From an uncultured archaeon (GTDB lineage: Archaea; Thermoproteota; Nitrososphaeria; Nitrososphaerales; Gagatemarchaeaceae), in assembly GCA_963799775.1 (NCBI GenBank), contig CAWCYD010000003.1:1920001-1984000 (forward strand): a stretch of 64,000 nucleotides of DNA, in the 5' to 3' direction. Made by a program: the position numbers and the translations under genes. A model generated the notes under the pieces. It was not told the DNA's origin, did no database searches, and saw only the letters and a program-made list of their open reading frames with translations. Positions 19,337-30,484 of the stretch are shown piece by piece (positions within the stretch are counted from its first letter, which is position 1; every line of letters begins with the position of its first letter).

Positions 19337-19723
19337 TTACATCTGGCCAGCAGTCTGGAACAGGCCCACGACGTTCCCCTCGGAGTCCTTGAAGTACGCC
19401 GTGAACCCCATGTCGCCGATCGCCTGCTTCTTCGCGACCGTCCTCCCGCCGGCCTTCTCGACCTTCTGGAGCGCCTTGTCGATGTCGGCCACCATTATCG
19501 TGACCACCGTCGACTTTAGCGGCCCTTCCCTCTTCCCCATCCCGCCGTTGATCGAGCCGGGGTTCTTTGGCCTCCCGTCCTTGTCGCTCTCGGTCGTGCC
19601 GACCATCCAGTACGGCATCGGGCCGTCCCACTTCATGAAGTTCCATCCGAACGCATCGGCGTAGAACTTCGAAGCTCGCTCCGGCTTGTCCGCAGGTATC
19701 TCAAAATGAACTACTGAATCCAT
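19337..19723 (-). CDS. VOC/glyoxalase family protein
   Basis: VVHFEIPAD...FYADAFGW...FKDSEGNVVGLFQ. Confidence 0.93.
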   Translation of the reverse strand: MDSVVHFEIPADKPERASKFYADAFGWNFMKWDGPMPYWMVGTTESDKDGRPKNPGSINGGMGKREGPLKSTVVTIMVADIDKALQKVEKAGGRTVAKKQAIGDMGFTAYFKDSEGNVVGLFQTAGQM

Positions 19724-19787
19724 GCCACCACTCGCGGCGGCCATCGTATTTAATCCAGGCAGGGACCAGAAGGATAGCGGGCCTTCG

Positions 19788-20297
19788 CTACCACTTTGCT
19801 GCGTGCCTAGGCGGGCGGACGGTGACCCCTCTTCTTTTCTCCACGTCCAGGTTGACGAAGAAGTGCTCCACTATTGGCGAAGGGTACTGCTCCGTCAGGG
19901 TGCGCGGCTCCCCGTCGCTGAATACCGCCTGAGGATAGTACTTCGACCCGAACGCGACGTAGCTGAAGAGTATGGGCAGGGAGTCCCAGCCCTTCTCGGT
20001 GATCTTCCATCTCACGACCTCAGGCGGGCCTTTCGTCGAGGAACGGGAGACGAGGCCGCTCTCCTCCAGCTCGTGTAGCCTCCTCGAGAGGATTCGCGGA
20101 GAGATGCCCGGGAGCGACTTTACCAGCTCGCTGTATCGCTCCTTCTTCCTCATCGCGATGTCCCTGAGTATGAGGAGTGTCCACTTCTTGCCGAAGAGCC
20201 CCAGCGAGGCCTCGATGGGGCAGCTGACCACAGGCGCGTTGGGCGCCAAGACCTTGCCCTCTTCGAGGGCCGCCCTGGATTCCGAGTCGAGGAGCAA
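19788..20297 (-). CDS. HxlR-family transcriptional regulator
   Basis: CPIEASLGLFGKKWTLLILRD...GISPRILSRRLHELE. Confidence 0.92.
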   Translation of the reverse strand: MLLDSESRAALEEGKVLAPNAPVVSCPIEASLGLFGKKWTLLILRDIAMRKKERYSELVKSLPGISPRILSRRLHELEESGLVSRSSTKGPPEVVRWKITEKGWDSLPILFSYVAFGSKYYPQAVFSDGEPRTLTEQYPSPIVEHFFVNLDVEKRRGVTVRPPRHAAKW

Positions 20298-20462
20298 TTG
20301 CGAAGGTCCATACAGGCCTTTTTGATATTAAACACTTCTGAGCCCACGGCGATTCGAGTCTTGGTTGGGCTACATGACCCGCTAGACCGTGGCCTACTCC
20401 TGCACTCTGCAACCACCACCCAAGAACATCTATAACAGAACTCGCTCCTCTCGCGTAAGACC

Positions 20463-20843
20463 ATGAAACAGGTTCTCTTCACAGCCGAGCTGCCGGGCTC
20501 GCCTTTCTACAGTCAAGGGGTCAAGGTCGGCAACACAATCTACCTATCCGGCATAGTCGCCTTCGACCCGACCACGAAGAAGGTCCAAGCCGAGGGGGCC
20601 GAGGCGCAGACGGAGAGGGCGATACGCAACTGCGAGCTCATACTCAAGGGGGGTGGCGCGAGCTTGGAGAACGTGGTCCAGGCGATCGTGCTTCTCAAGA
20701 ATCCCCAAGATTTTGACGCCATGAACAGGGCATACTCCAAGATCTTCTTCCAGGACCCACCGACGAGGGCGGTGACAAAGCTCGGTGTCGACCTTCCGAA
20801 CATCCTGGTGTCAGTCATGATGACGGCCGTGGTCGACGGCTAG
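20463..20843 (+). CDS. RidA/YjgF family protein
   Basis: YSQGVKVGNTIYLSG...MNRAY...PPTR. Confidence 0.92.
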   Translation: MKQVLFTAELPGSPFYSQGVKVGNTIYLSGIVAFDPTTKKVQAEGAEAQTERAIRNCELILKGGGASLENVVQAIVLLKNPQDFDAMNRAYSKIFFQDPPTRAVTKLGVDLPNILVSVMMTAVVDG

Positions 20844-20860
20844 AAACGGCATAGGAGGCC

Positions 20861-21232
20861 TTGTCGCTCATGTCAGACGTCGACGACTACGTCTCAAACG
20901 TAGACCACCGGCTCAGGCCACAGTTTCAGAAGCTCCGTTCGCTAATCAAGAAGGCCCTGCCCGACGCCGTCGAGTCGGTGAAGTGGGGCGTCCCTTACTA
21001 CTCGCTGAACGGAGTCGGGGTGGCTTCCTTAGGCGACTACAACGCGCACGTCAACCTTTACTTCATGCAGGGCGCGAAGCTGTCGTCCGAACTGCTCGAG
21101 GGGACTGGAAAGGGCATGCGGCACATCAGCGTAAAGTCCCTGGACGACATCAAGCAGAAGGAATTCACCAAGCTTCTGATCGTGGCAGGGGCTCTCGCCA
21201 GTAAAGGCCGTTCCAGCAGAGCCAGAGGCTAG
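20861..21232 (+). CDS. DUF1801 protein
   Basis: VKWGVPYY...HVNLYF...LEGTGKGMRH. Confidence 0.88.
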   Translation: MSLMSDVDDYVSNVDHRLRPQFQKLRSLIKKALPDAVESVKWGVPYYSLNGVGVASLGDYNAHVNLYFMQGAKLSSELLEGTGKGMRHISVKSLDDIKQKEFTKLLIVAGALASKGRSSRARG

Positions 21233-21241
21233 GAGAGGGGA

Positions 21242-21910
21242 ATGCCCGAGAGCATCCTGATGTCGTGGAGCGGGGGAAAGGACAGCTCTCTCGTCCTGCA
21301 CGAACTGGAGGTGTCGGGCGACTACGACGTAAAGGCGCTCCTGACGACGGTCACCGAGGATTACGACCGCATAAGCATGCACGGGGTGAGGCGAGACTTG
21401 CTCCATCAACAAGCCTCCTCCGTCGGTCTCCCTCTTGAGGAGGTCTGGATCCCGAAGGACGCATCAAACGAGTAGTACGAGGAGCGGATGAACGCAACGC
21501 TGCTCAAGTACAAGGACGAGGGGGTCGAACAGGTCGCCTTTGGGGAACTCTTCCTTCAGGACATCCGGAGCTACAGGGAGGAGAGGCTCGGGCTGATCGG
21601 AATGCGAGGGCTCTTTCCCATTTGGGGGCGGGACACGGCCAAGCTCGCAGAGGAGTTCATCGAGCTCGGTTTCAGGGCTGTGCTCTGCTGCGTCGACCCT
21701 AAGCAGCTGGACAAGGAGTTCTGCGGAAGGGAGTTCGACCGCTCGCTCCTCGACTCTCTGCCGCGTGGCGTCGACCCTTGCGGCGAGAAAGGGGAGTTCC
21801 ACACTTTCGTGTACGCAGGGCCTATCTTCAAGAAAGAGATCCCGATCGCGAAAGGCGAAGTGGTCCTCAGAGCCGGCTTTTACTTCGCCGATCTGCTTCC
21901 CAAGAAATAG
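21242..21910 (+). CDS. diphthine-ammonia ligase-like (MJ0570/PP-loop) ATP-binding protein with an in-frame TAG at 21473-21475
   Basis: SWSGGKDS, MHGVR, VDPCGEKGEFHTFV; both halves are in the same frame. Confidence 0.85.
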
Positions 21911-21923
21911 GCGCGACGCAAAA

Positions 21924-22502
21924 ATGCGCCGGCCAACGCTTATCTCTTTCCGGGCCTCTCCAAAACTCATGAGTCTCGTCTCACCGCGATTGAGAGAGGG
22001 CGTCAAGAACCTCTTCGAAAAGCTGGCTGCTATGAAAGGGCCCACGGAGTCGATGGGCAAGGCGAAGGCGGTCGTGAAGATGGTCGGCCCGCAGACGTCC
22101 GTGGCCGTCACAGGCGGCTTCAGCGTGGCCTCCGACGAGCCGGAGTCCTTGGACGGTCGAATGACGGCCCCCTATCCTTCGTTTCTCTTCGCCGCGTCGA
22201 TAGGGTTCGCCGAGAACGTGATCTTCGCGCGTCAGGCTGCGCTTTACGACGTCGACTTCGACTCGTACGAGACCACAGTCGAGGGGTTGTGGGACATGAA
22301 GGGCATGTTCGCACAGGACGGCCGAAGCCCAGCGATGAACGAGTTCATCATAGAGACCAAGGTCGGCACCGCGGCCCCTCCAGAGAAGATCGCGGAGCTC
22401 CTCAAGCTGACCCACGACAGGTGTCCGATGACGGCCACCGTCTCAAGAGGCGCGACGATAAACAGGAAGCTGTTCGTGAACGGGGCCGAAGTCAAGCTCT
22501 AG
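21924..22502 (+). CDS. OsmC-family protein; start uncertain
   Basis: SDEPESLDG...AP.P...HDRCPM. Confidence 0.75.
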   Translation: MRRPTLISFRASPKLMSLVSPRLREGVKNLFEKLAAMKGPTESMGKAKAVVKMVGPQTSVAVTGGFSVASDEPESLDGRMTAPYPSFLFAASIGFAENVIFARQAALYDVDFDSYETTVEGLWDMKGMFAQDGRSPAMNEFIIETKVGTAAPPEKIAELLKLTHDRCPMTATVSRGATINRKLFVNGAEVKL

Positions 22503-22512
22503 CTCTGCCAGC

Positions 22513-23049
22513 TCACGTCTTGTCACGCGGGACTACCATGAACTCACAGCGCGAGTCGCCCTTCGAGAGGCACTTGGTCTCTTGGCACTCGTAGTCCTTT
22601 CTGAAGACGACGCTGGCGGTCCCCTCGAGAAGTCCCCGGACGATATGGCATTCAGCCTTCCCTGTCCTTCCTATCGCTTCGGCGAAGAAGCTGTCCTCCA
22701 AGCTGACAGCGACTTGCGCGGGCGGCCCGCCCACGACTAGCGTCGCAAGTGGTGGAAAATGGAACTTGCCGATCGCCAGGCTCGCGTACCTCTGTTTGTA
22801 TGCGCCTTCGGCCCGCGTCGCCAAATCTCCCGAGGCGAGTATCCTCTGTCCCAGCAGTTGGCCGTAGGCGAGCCCCATCTGATAGAGGATCACCACCGCG
22901 CCGCTCTGAAACGTCTTGGTTAGACTTTCCGAAAGCGCCTTGACAAAGTCGGCGTCGAAGACTATCACACGCGTGTTTAGGAGCGTGTTCTCAAGAATCT
23001 CCTTGTCAGGATCATACCTGAAGGTGTGGGTGTCAGGGCTCGACAACAA
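22513..23049 (-). CDS. V4R-domain protein
   Basis: ECHIVRGLLEG...ETKCLSKGDSRCEF. Confidence 0.88.
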   Translation of the reverse strand: MLSSPDTHTFRYDPDKEILENTLLNTRVIVFDADFVKALSESLTKTFQSGAVVILYQMGLAYGQLLGQRILASGDLATRAEGAYKQRYASLAIGKFHFPPLATLVVGGPPAQVAVSLEDSFFAEAIGRTGKAECHIVRGLLEGTASVVFRKDYECQETKCLSKGDSRCEFMVVPRDKT

Positions 23050-23270
23050 GGCTTCAGTCCCGACACGACGTTATTCATTCCTATCGGTAGGAAAGTTCCA
23101 CCCCGCATACTCACACATGAGAATCAGCTTCGGCACCTTTTTTACAAACACGCAGATTCACCCTCTAGGGAGCGGGCTTGACCGTGGCGAGAACTGAGCC
23201 TGTCGAGCAGATTCGGGCAATCCCTGGGCCTTAACGCTATCGAAGATCCCAGCCTGCGGCTGGACGACTT

Positions 23271-23774
23271 CTAGGCTGAGAGACTCTCTTCAACGACCCG
23301 CCGCAGGGCGGCCAGGGAGAAGGGCTTCTGAAGAAAGCCGATGCCCTCCGATTGCAACGATTCCTTGATGTCCTCGTAGCCCGTGATCATCACTATCTTC
23401 GTCACAGGGCTCGACCTGAGGATCTCCTTTGCGGCCTCCAATCCGTCCATCCCCGGCATGCGGTAGTCCATGAGAATCAGGTCGGGTCGAATCCTGGAAG
23501 ATTCCACTGCTCGGACGATCTCTTCCCCGTTGTGGGCCACAAGCTCGACCCGGTATCCTTGTCTTCTCAGGTATATCGCCACCAGTCTCGCGATGTCGTT
23601 CTCATCGTCGACGACTGCGATGCTTCCAGCAGTGAGATTGCTTTTGCTCTGCGTGGAATCACGTCCCGGACTTCTCTCGCCTTCGCGCCGCTCTTTCTCC
23701 GCACTCTTCCTTCGGGGTACCGACCTCCCCTGTGGCTCATCGGGCGGATTTACCTCCAGAAGATGCTCCATCAA
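23271..23774 (-). CDS. single-domain response regulator receiver (CheY-like)
   Basis: VVDDE, PDLILMDYRMPGMDG, ITG, FLQKPF. Confidence 0.92.
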   Translation of the reverse strand: MMEHLLEVNPPDEPQGRSVPRRKSAEKERREGERSPGRDSTQSKSNLTAGSIAVVDDENDIARLVAIYLRRQGYRVELVAHNGEEIVRAVESSRIRPDLILMDYRMPGMDGLEAAKEILRSSPVTKIVMITGYEDIKESLQSEGIGFLQKPFSLAALRRVVEESLSA

Positions 23775-24083
23775 CGGTCCGCGTTCCTTCCCAGGCTACT
23801 CCCCTTCCTGAGGCTGCCCGTCCCATGCGCGAGTCCCGACCTCGGCCCATCTTGGTCTTCGGCGACCGATCTCGGAGGGAGGTCCACGCATCTTCACTTA
23901 GTTCGCAAGTATCTTCTCGCTTACTCTGCACTCTCTTGCAACGGCCGCCTAAAAAACGTGCAGTAGACGAGCGCCGTAGACTGCTCTTGACGAGGAGGTC
24001 GCGTCCAAAGCGACAGGACTCTCCAGCGATGGCCATACCTCACGATTATTACTGACCCCTGCAGTAAAGCAGAACGTGCGTTA

Positions 24084-25657
24084 GTGTGCCATGAGGAAGG
24101 TGGAAGCAGGTTGAGGGACGGTGTCGCGCGCCGCTCCGGTCTTTCGCTCGCGGTGGCCAGTGTCTCCCTTCTGGTTCTCCTGGCCCTGGCGATGGTCAGC
24201 GGCGGCGACCCACTCGCCTCGGATTCGGCGACGTCAAACCTGGCCACGGTGTCAAGTTCTTCCACCACCTCATCTTCATCGTCTGCGAACCCCCTTCCCC
24301 AGCTCACCGGGACCTTCCCCTCGGGTGGCAGAGCACAAGACTGCAATTACACCATATCCCAAGACGGGACGACCCTGACGGCCAGGTCGCAATCTGGGGC
24401 GAAGACCATCGAGCAACCCGCCGGCGCGGACATCGGGGAGATCCTCAACACCCTGCTAGAGTCCCACGAGACTATCTGCATAGGCCCGGGAGACTTCGCA
24501 GTCGCCTCAAAGATACAGATCCATCAGCTGACGGGAGTGACGCTCAGCCTTGACCCAGGGGCCTTCATGAACGCTTCCGGAGGGTACAGGGCCTTCCTCC
24601 GGCCCTTCTTCCGGTCCTCCTTGCTCCTTGTCAACGACAGTCCCGACACCGTGATACAAGGGGGTCAATGGATCGGGCCAGGCGGCGGAGAAGCTGCCGC
24701 CATCACAATCCAGACGGGCAGCAACAACAGCGTAGTCGAGGACACGGACGTGAGCCACGCGGGTTGGGACGGGGCATCATCTACGATGACACAGGGCCGA
24801 GCTTCAACGTCCACATCATAGACAACATGCTGCACGACAACGGGAGATACGGCGTGCAGGAGTACGCCAACGAGACGACAGGATACACCGGGACGATGAT
24901 ATCGGGTAACGAGGTCACGGACAACCGCGTCGGGGGCATATACACGAACCGGGTGGCAGGCGCGACCATCATCCAGAACCTTGTGGACAACACCAACGGG
25001 ACGGGCCACGGCGAGATAGGGATCGGTGTAACGAACGGGGAGAACGACACCGTCGCCTCCAACTTCGTCGAGGAGATGGCGTGGTTCGGGATACAGGCCT
25101 ACTACAACAACCACACCGTCATCTCGAGTAACATCTCGATCTTGAACAGCGGCAAATTGGACCAATCCGGGATAACAAACGACCACAGCTCATTCGACAA
25201 GATTTCGGACAACTTCGTGGAGAAGAACGGCAGGTACGGCATCTATGTGGAGAGGTCGTGGAACGTGACGATAAGCGGGAACACCGCTGACGGGAACCTT
25301 GGCTACGGGATAGAGCTCAACCACGGGTCTGCCCCTGCGATGGGGCTGAGCACGATTTCTGGCAACTCCTGCAGCTTCAACTCCCTCGGAGGGATCATAC
25401 TGAACTCCGCCATAGATAACGTGATTTCCATGAACATTTGCACGAACAACTCCGGCGACGGTGTTCTACTCTACAACGACCAGGGGCAGGTCGGGTCGAC
25501 GGGCAACCTGGTGGTCGGAAACTTCCTGGGCAACTTCGGAAACTCGACGCTCCAGACGATAGGCATCAAGGAAGAGAACAACTCCTGGAACAACTCTCTA
25601 GGCTCGAACAGCACGCCTGGCAACGCGATCGCCGGGACATCGCTTCTCGGGCAATAG
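24084..25657 (+). CDS. secreted right-handed parallel beta-helix (NosD-like) protein, frameshifted near 24772
   Basis: TM segment followed by repeated I..N....N...GI units. Confidence 0.8.
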
Positions 25658-25714
25658 ACGAGGCCGACCCCCAGCTATAGCCATAAGCTACGCCACTGGT
25701 AGCTCATCCCAAAG

Positions 25715-25879
25715 ATGGCCAGAGAGCTCGCATGTCCTTTGTGCGGGATGCCCTTCACTTGCAAGCAATCGGCTGGTTGCTGGTGCGGCGAGGTCCAGGT
25801 CACCAAGGATAGGCTAGCCCAGCTCAGAGTCCAGGCAGATGATTGCATATGCCCGAGCTGCCTTGAGGCCGAGAAGTAG
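25715..25879 (+). CDS. cysteine-rich CWC family protein (54 aa, below the ORF-track cutoff)
   Basis: CPLCGMPFTC...GCWC...CICPSCL. Confidence 0.85.
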   Translation: MARELACPLCGMPFTCKQSAGCWCGEVQVTKDRLAQLRVQADDCICPSCLEAEK

Positions 25880-25980
25880 ATCTCAGACGCGATCTTGAAA
25901 CTGTGACCAATCTTCGTCAATCTCCATCAACAAGTACAACCGACACGTTGTAGCTTCTGGCGCAAGTGAAGTAGCAAAGC

Positions 25981-27084
25981 ATGACAAGTCTCCTTCCCGC
26001 AATCGGTCTCAACTCCCTCCTTTCGATTTCGTACTACGTGCTGCTTTTCATCTTCATCTTCTACGGTGGGCGGATGCAAGCTACCCTGGCGATGAACCGC
26101 ATCGGCAAGTCCATAGGGCGGCTCGAGTCGATGCGGAACAAGGCCAGAGATGGGGTCGTGGACTACTTCAGAACAAAGGGGAACCTGACCGATGACTTCG
26201 TAGAAAAGATCGACAGGTTCTTGGACTACGTCACAATAATGCCTGTGGACCTCGACCCGAACGGCCTGGTCCAGAAGATAGCGCACGTCGCGGAGACGAG
26301 CGACGAGAGGGCACGCGGCGAGATCCGCGCACTCCTGGGGAGCGCTGACGCGGTCTCGCTCTCGATAGCCCAGAACATGCTCGAGCTCGCGAGCGGGCTC
26401 AACGTCATCCACAAGGTCGTGAGGCACTATTACCTGCTCGGGAAGAAGACCGAGGGAGGAATGACGCTGATGCAGCTCCAGATGAGCCTCCCACAGATAA
26501 TGCTGCAAGCCAAGGCGATGTCGAGCGCGATGGAGTCAATCCGGAGCGGGTCTCCCATCGGCGACGGCGTCGGTCCTCTGGTGGCGTCGAAGCTCCTGGG
26601 CGGTGCTCCCGTGACGACAATAGCCAAGGACACCGTGCTGGGCACGACCACGTTCGAAGGGCGAACCCTCCACGTGATGAAGGCAGAGGGACCGATGGGC
26701 TACGTCGGCCAGCCCGGTCTTGGGATTCAACACGTCGTCGAGGACATGAACGCGCAGCTCGCTGCGATCATCATGGTGGACGCAGCTGCCAAGCTCGAAG
26801 GCGAGGAGGCGGGCGAGGTCGCAGAGGGGGTCGGGGCGGCCATCGGTGGCCTGGGCGTCGAAAAGTTCCAGATCGAGGAGGTCGCGACGAAGCACGACAT
26901 CCCGGTCTACGCCGTCCTCGTGAAGGAGGGCGACCTGGACGTGATGGCGACCATGAAGAAGGAGATTGCCGAAGGCGCTGACAGGGCAATCGAGCTCGTG
27001 AAGAGGATCATCCGGGACAGGACACGTGAAGGGGATGCGGTCCTGCTCGCCGGCATCGGTAACACGCTGGGCGTCGGCCAGTAG
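25981..27084 (+). CDS. DUF1512 protein
   Basis: PVDLDPNG, VVRHYYLLG, PIGDGVGPLVA, GIGNTLGVGQ. Confidence 0.9.
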   Translation: MTSLLPAIGLNSLLSISYYVLLFIFIFYGGRMQATLAMNRIGKSIGRLESMRNKARDGVVDYFRTKGNLTDDFVEKIDRFLDYVTIMPVDLDPNGLVQKIAHVAETSDERARGEIRALLGSADAVSLSIAQNMLELASGLNVIHKVVRHYYLLGKKTEGGMTLMQLQMSLPQIMLQAKAMSSAMESIRSGSPIGDGVGPLVASKLLGGAPVTTIAKDTVLGTTTFEGRTLHVMKAEGPMGYVGQPGLGIQHVVEDMNAQLAAIIMVDAAAKLEGEEAGEVAEGVGAAIGGLGVEKFQIEEVATKHDIPVYAVLVKEGDLDVMATMKKEIAEGADRAIELVKRIIRDRTREGDAVLLAGIGNTLGVGQ

Positions 27085-27137
27085 TCAGATCTTCGACATC
27101 CTAAAATCATGCAATCCGTTCTCGCACTGCCTGCGGG

Positions 27138-27524
27138 ATGGTGAGCGCCATGGCCTCAGACCGCGGATACGCTGCTGTCAACGGCCTCAAGCTGTATTAC
27201 GAGATCCGAGGGACCGGGAAGCCGCTCATGCTCCTGCACGGGGGGGCGGGCGTCATCGAGATGTTCGGGCCTATCCTCGAGTCGCTCTCGCAGGCCAGGA
27301 TGGTGGTCGGGGTGGAGCTGCAGGCGCACGGGCACACCGCTGACATCGACAGGCCGCTCCGATACGAGCTGATGGCCGACGACGTCGCGGGCCTCGTCCG
27401 CTACCTGAGGCTGGGCAGGGTCGACGTGATGGGCTACTCGCTGGGAGGAGGGGTCGCCCTGCGCACCGCGACGACAGGGACATCGCCCGACAGTAGGGCG
27501 AAGTTGTTCTCTTCGAAAATATAA
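27138..27524 (+). pseudogene. truncated alpha/beta hydrolase (N-terminal half only)
   Basis: VNGLKLYYE, LLHGG and GYSLGG present; similarity is lost immediately after. Confidence 0.75.
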
Positions 27525-27554
27525 AATATCACCAAAGTCTCTTTACAGACCATC

Positions 27555-28145
27555 TTGGGCACCAGGCTCGAACGGCCTCTCAGGTCGATGGGGGTCTACC
27601 GAAGAGAGTTCGGGGCGTTCCTGATCCTTTTCGGCTTTGGCTTCCTCTTGCTTGCCGGGGGCTGGATTCAAGCCTACTTCGGGGGAGTGTGGCAGATCTC
27701 GGCCCCGACCCACTCCAACATCTCGGGTGGTAGCCTTGTTGGTGCCTCCTCGCTGGCGATCCTCACGAACTACGTGCAGTGCACAGGGCTCTCGGCGAGC
27801 TCGCAGGCCCTCTTCCCGCTGCTCGGCCCGCTCGCCGGCAACGCGTCTTGCAGCCTCTACTCGTTCGATCCTAGCGGCCTCACTTTCATCGCCCTCGGAG
27901 GAGTCTCCATGCTCGTGGGAATCGTAGCGTTCAGGAAGCGCTTCTCAGCGGTCGGCGAGAAGATAAGCGCGTTCTGGTGGGTGCTCGCTCTGCTGATCCC
28001 GTTGTTCGGAGGGATAATCGCTTACATCGGCGTCCGGGACAAGAACCAGACAAGCGCAACCAACATGGTCCTGCTGGCCGTGGAGACATTCCTCGGTTCG
28101 GCGCTCCTCTTCCTGCTGACGGGCTTCCCTCTGGTCTCCCCGTAG
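27555..28145 (+). CDS. membrane protein
   Basis: About four hydrophobic helices. Confidence 0.65.
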   Translation: MGTRLERPLRSMGVYRREFGAFLILFGFGFLLLAGGWIQAYFGGVWQISAPTHSNISGGSLVGASSLAILTNYVQCTGLSASSQALFPLLGPLAGNASCSLYSFDPSGLTFIALGGVSMLVGIVAFRKRFSAVGEKISAFWWVLALLIPLFGGIIAYIGVRDKNQTSATNMVLLAVETFLGSALLFLLTGFPLVSP

Positions 28146-28168
28146 CTCAAGGGCGTCGTCGCCCTTCT

Positions 28169-28794
28169 CTACTTCGCGTAGTCCGTCGTCGTCGGTCCGT
28201 TCTCCGAGTCGTCCCAGTCTCTCTGCGCGTAGTCCTCCCCGTTGGTCTTCCCCTGCCCGCGCAGCATGGAGGCGAATTGATAATGCAGTTTCATCTCCTG
28301 GGCGGCCGAATAGGACATCCGGTCCTCGTCGGTCTTCTCTTGCACCTGGCTGGCAGGCTCTCGAATCGCAGCCTGGTGGTAGTCGTATGCGGCGCGTCCT
28401 TCCTCGTTCGCCCGCGCTTCCACCATCGCTGCCTGCGAAGAAGGATTCTGCGCGGCGTCAGATTGGGACTTGATCCTGTCGTACACCTCACCGAACATCT
28501 TGGCGGCCTCCATGTGCGCTTGCGCTGCCTGAACGAAGAGCTCGGTCGACCCATCTTTTCCTTCCGGCTTCTTCGCTTTCTTCGCCCGCTTGTGAATGAC
28601 AACGGCCAACGCGGCAAGGGCTTTGGCCAGTAGAACGACCTCGTCATCTGTGAGGCCCTTGCAGGTAGATTTCTCATCCACTTCAGGTCGTCGACGCAGG
28701 TGCGGTAGTCCTTCTCTGCCTTTGCTAGGTCTCCACTCTGTTCTGCGTTCTGCCCGTCCTTGAAGAAATCGCTCGGCGGAGGCTTCTCTGCCAC
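28169..28794 (-). CDS. helical hypothetical protein, frameshifted near 28670
   Basis: Two overlapping ORFs join into one Ala-rich helical protein. Confidence 0.5.
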
Positions 28795-28911
28795 GTCGGT
28801 TGCTGTCTTGGTTCCATATTAAGCGTAAAGCGTCTTGAAATTCGGCTCCCCGGAGCACCAGACCAGCATAAATGATTAGATTGGCCCACCATTGGACAGG
28901 TAAAGACCGCC

Positions 28912-29698
28912 GTGAGCCAAGACGACGACGTCCGGGAGCAGATCGACCGACTGGAGGCTGTCAAGGACTTCATCATCGGGTTCCTCGAGGGCGCGGCCAC
29001 CCCAGACCCGAGGACCAGGGCACTGTGGGAGGAGGACGCGAGGGAGGCATTCTTCGACGTCGTCGCAGCATACGACATGCTACGCACCCCCGGTGCCGAG
29101 GACAAGGGGAAAGACCGTCCAGCGAGCGCCATGTCCTTCCTGGAGATGGCTAGGGGCAGCGTCAAGCAGGTCTCGAGCGAGCTGAGGACGTACAAGACGG
29201 ACGTGGCCGCCGACCTAATCTCGAAGCTCGAGGAAGCTTTCGACGGGGCCTGGACGGCAATCTCAGCAAGCGCCGGAGTGCCTCCCAAGGGCCAGGCCCC
29301 GGCCGGCGCCACGCGGACTGTCCTGAAGCTGGGGGATGACGACTACACGCTCAGCTGCGCCGCCTGCGGGAAGGTGGCTGCCGTCTTCAGGGTCGAGGTC
29401 CACGAGGCTCTCGACGACCGGAGAGAAGGCGATACTCTACGAGGGGACTACCAAGTCCACCCACCTTGACATATCGAACGCTCAGTTGATCTTCGAGAGG
29501 CTCGAGCAGGGCAACCTCAGGGCTCTGCACGAGTACATCGAGCACATGATGGAGGGGGGGTTGGACGCCTACTGCCCAATCTGCGACAAGGTCTACTGCA
29601 AGGAGGACTACGACCTCGACGAAGAGTGGGACGAGGGCTTCTACGACTGCACCTACGGCACCTGTCCGCATGGACACCGAAGGCTGCTCGACGACTGA
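28912..29698 (+). CDS. hypothetical protein with a C-terminal Cys/His metal-binding region, frameshifted near 29400
   Basis: CAAC...YCPICDKVYC...DEGFYDCTYGTCPHGH. Confidence 0.65.
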
Positions 29699-29733
29699 AA
29701 GCGTGTCAGATAATCAGGGCGAGGTCTCGCGAC

Positions 29734-30021
29734 CTATCTCGCGATAGGAATCGCGGGAAGCTGAGCCTTGACTGGGACCCGCACATCGTTCAGCACCACG
29801 GAAACGACCGTGGCTTTGACACCCTCTATGCTCCTAATCTTCTCCTTGAGGATCTCCCTGAACTCCTCATTGTCTCTGGCCGAGACGAGCGCCACGATGT
29901 CGTACTCTCCTGTGACCTCGAACATCGCCTCTAGGTTGTCGAGCTTGCTGAGCGCCCTCTCGACGCTGTCCAGCCCTGATGTCTCAGCGAAAATCTGCAC
30001 TAGCGCGGTGAAGCGGCTCAA
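29734..30021 (-). CDS. stand-alone Lrp/AsnC ligand-binding domain
   Basis: FEVTGEYDIVALV...IRSIEGV; GGAGG upstream. Confidence 0.85.
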   Translation of the reverse strand: MSRFTALVQIFAETSGLDSVERALSKLDNLEAMFEVTGEYDIVALVSARDNEEFREILKEKIRSIEGVKATVVSVVLNDVRVPVKAQLPAIPIAR

Positions 30022-30484
30022 GCTACCTCCCTCCAATCCCGAGTCGAGCGACCCCCTTGTCCTCGCACATGGGTGATGGGATTGGCAGGGTGCCATATTA
30101 CACACGGCACTCGAAATTGTTTCGCCTCCGGGTCAGGGCCGTTTCATCTGTGTCAGCTTGCACAGCGTCTCTGGTCTAGCGGCCTAGACCTCTGTGGTAT
30201 AGTAGCCGCCCTCCGAACTTCGGCCATGCCGCGCACCCGAAACGCGTACCGAGTCTCTCCCGCCATGAGGATGGCCATGCTCCAGCTGCAGGACAAGGCC
30301 CGGTGGATGGGAAATGGCAGGATCTCGACCGGACCGAGCGCGACCCAGAAGCGCGGCACCGCTCCAGGCCTCAGAGCCCGGACGGCGTCGGTGCGAAGGA
30401 CGGTGGCGAAAGGCGGCTGGTCCTCCCTCCGCGACCGAAACGATCGCCGCCCTCGACCCTCGACCTGAAGCGAGCCCTAGACCG

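Noticed and set aside
15640-21475. Genome-wide TAG reassignment (e.g. pyrrolysine) suggested by two in-frame TAGs
   Set aside because: Many genes here end at TAG at their expected C-termini (e.g. TRAM, RidA, YjbQ). One of the two cases also has a frameshift, and no pyl genes are visible.
30073-30468. Basic small ORF between the Lrp and ARPP-1 genes
   Set aside because: No motif or clear promoter; cannot be told apart from a chance ORF.
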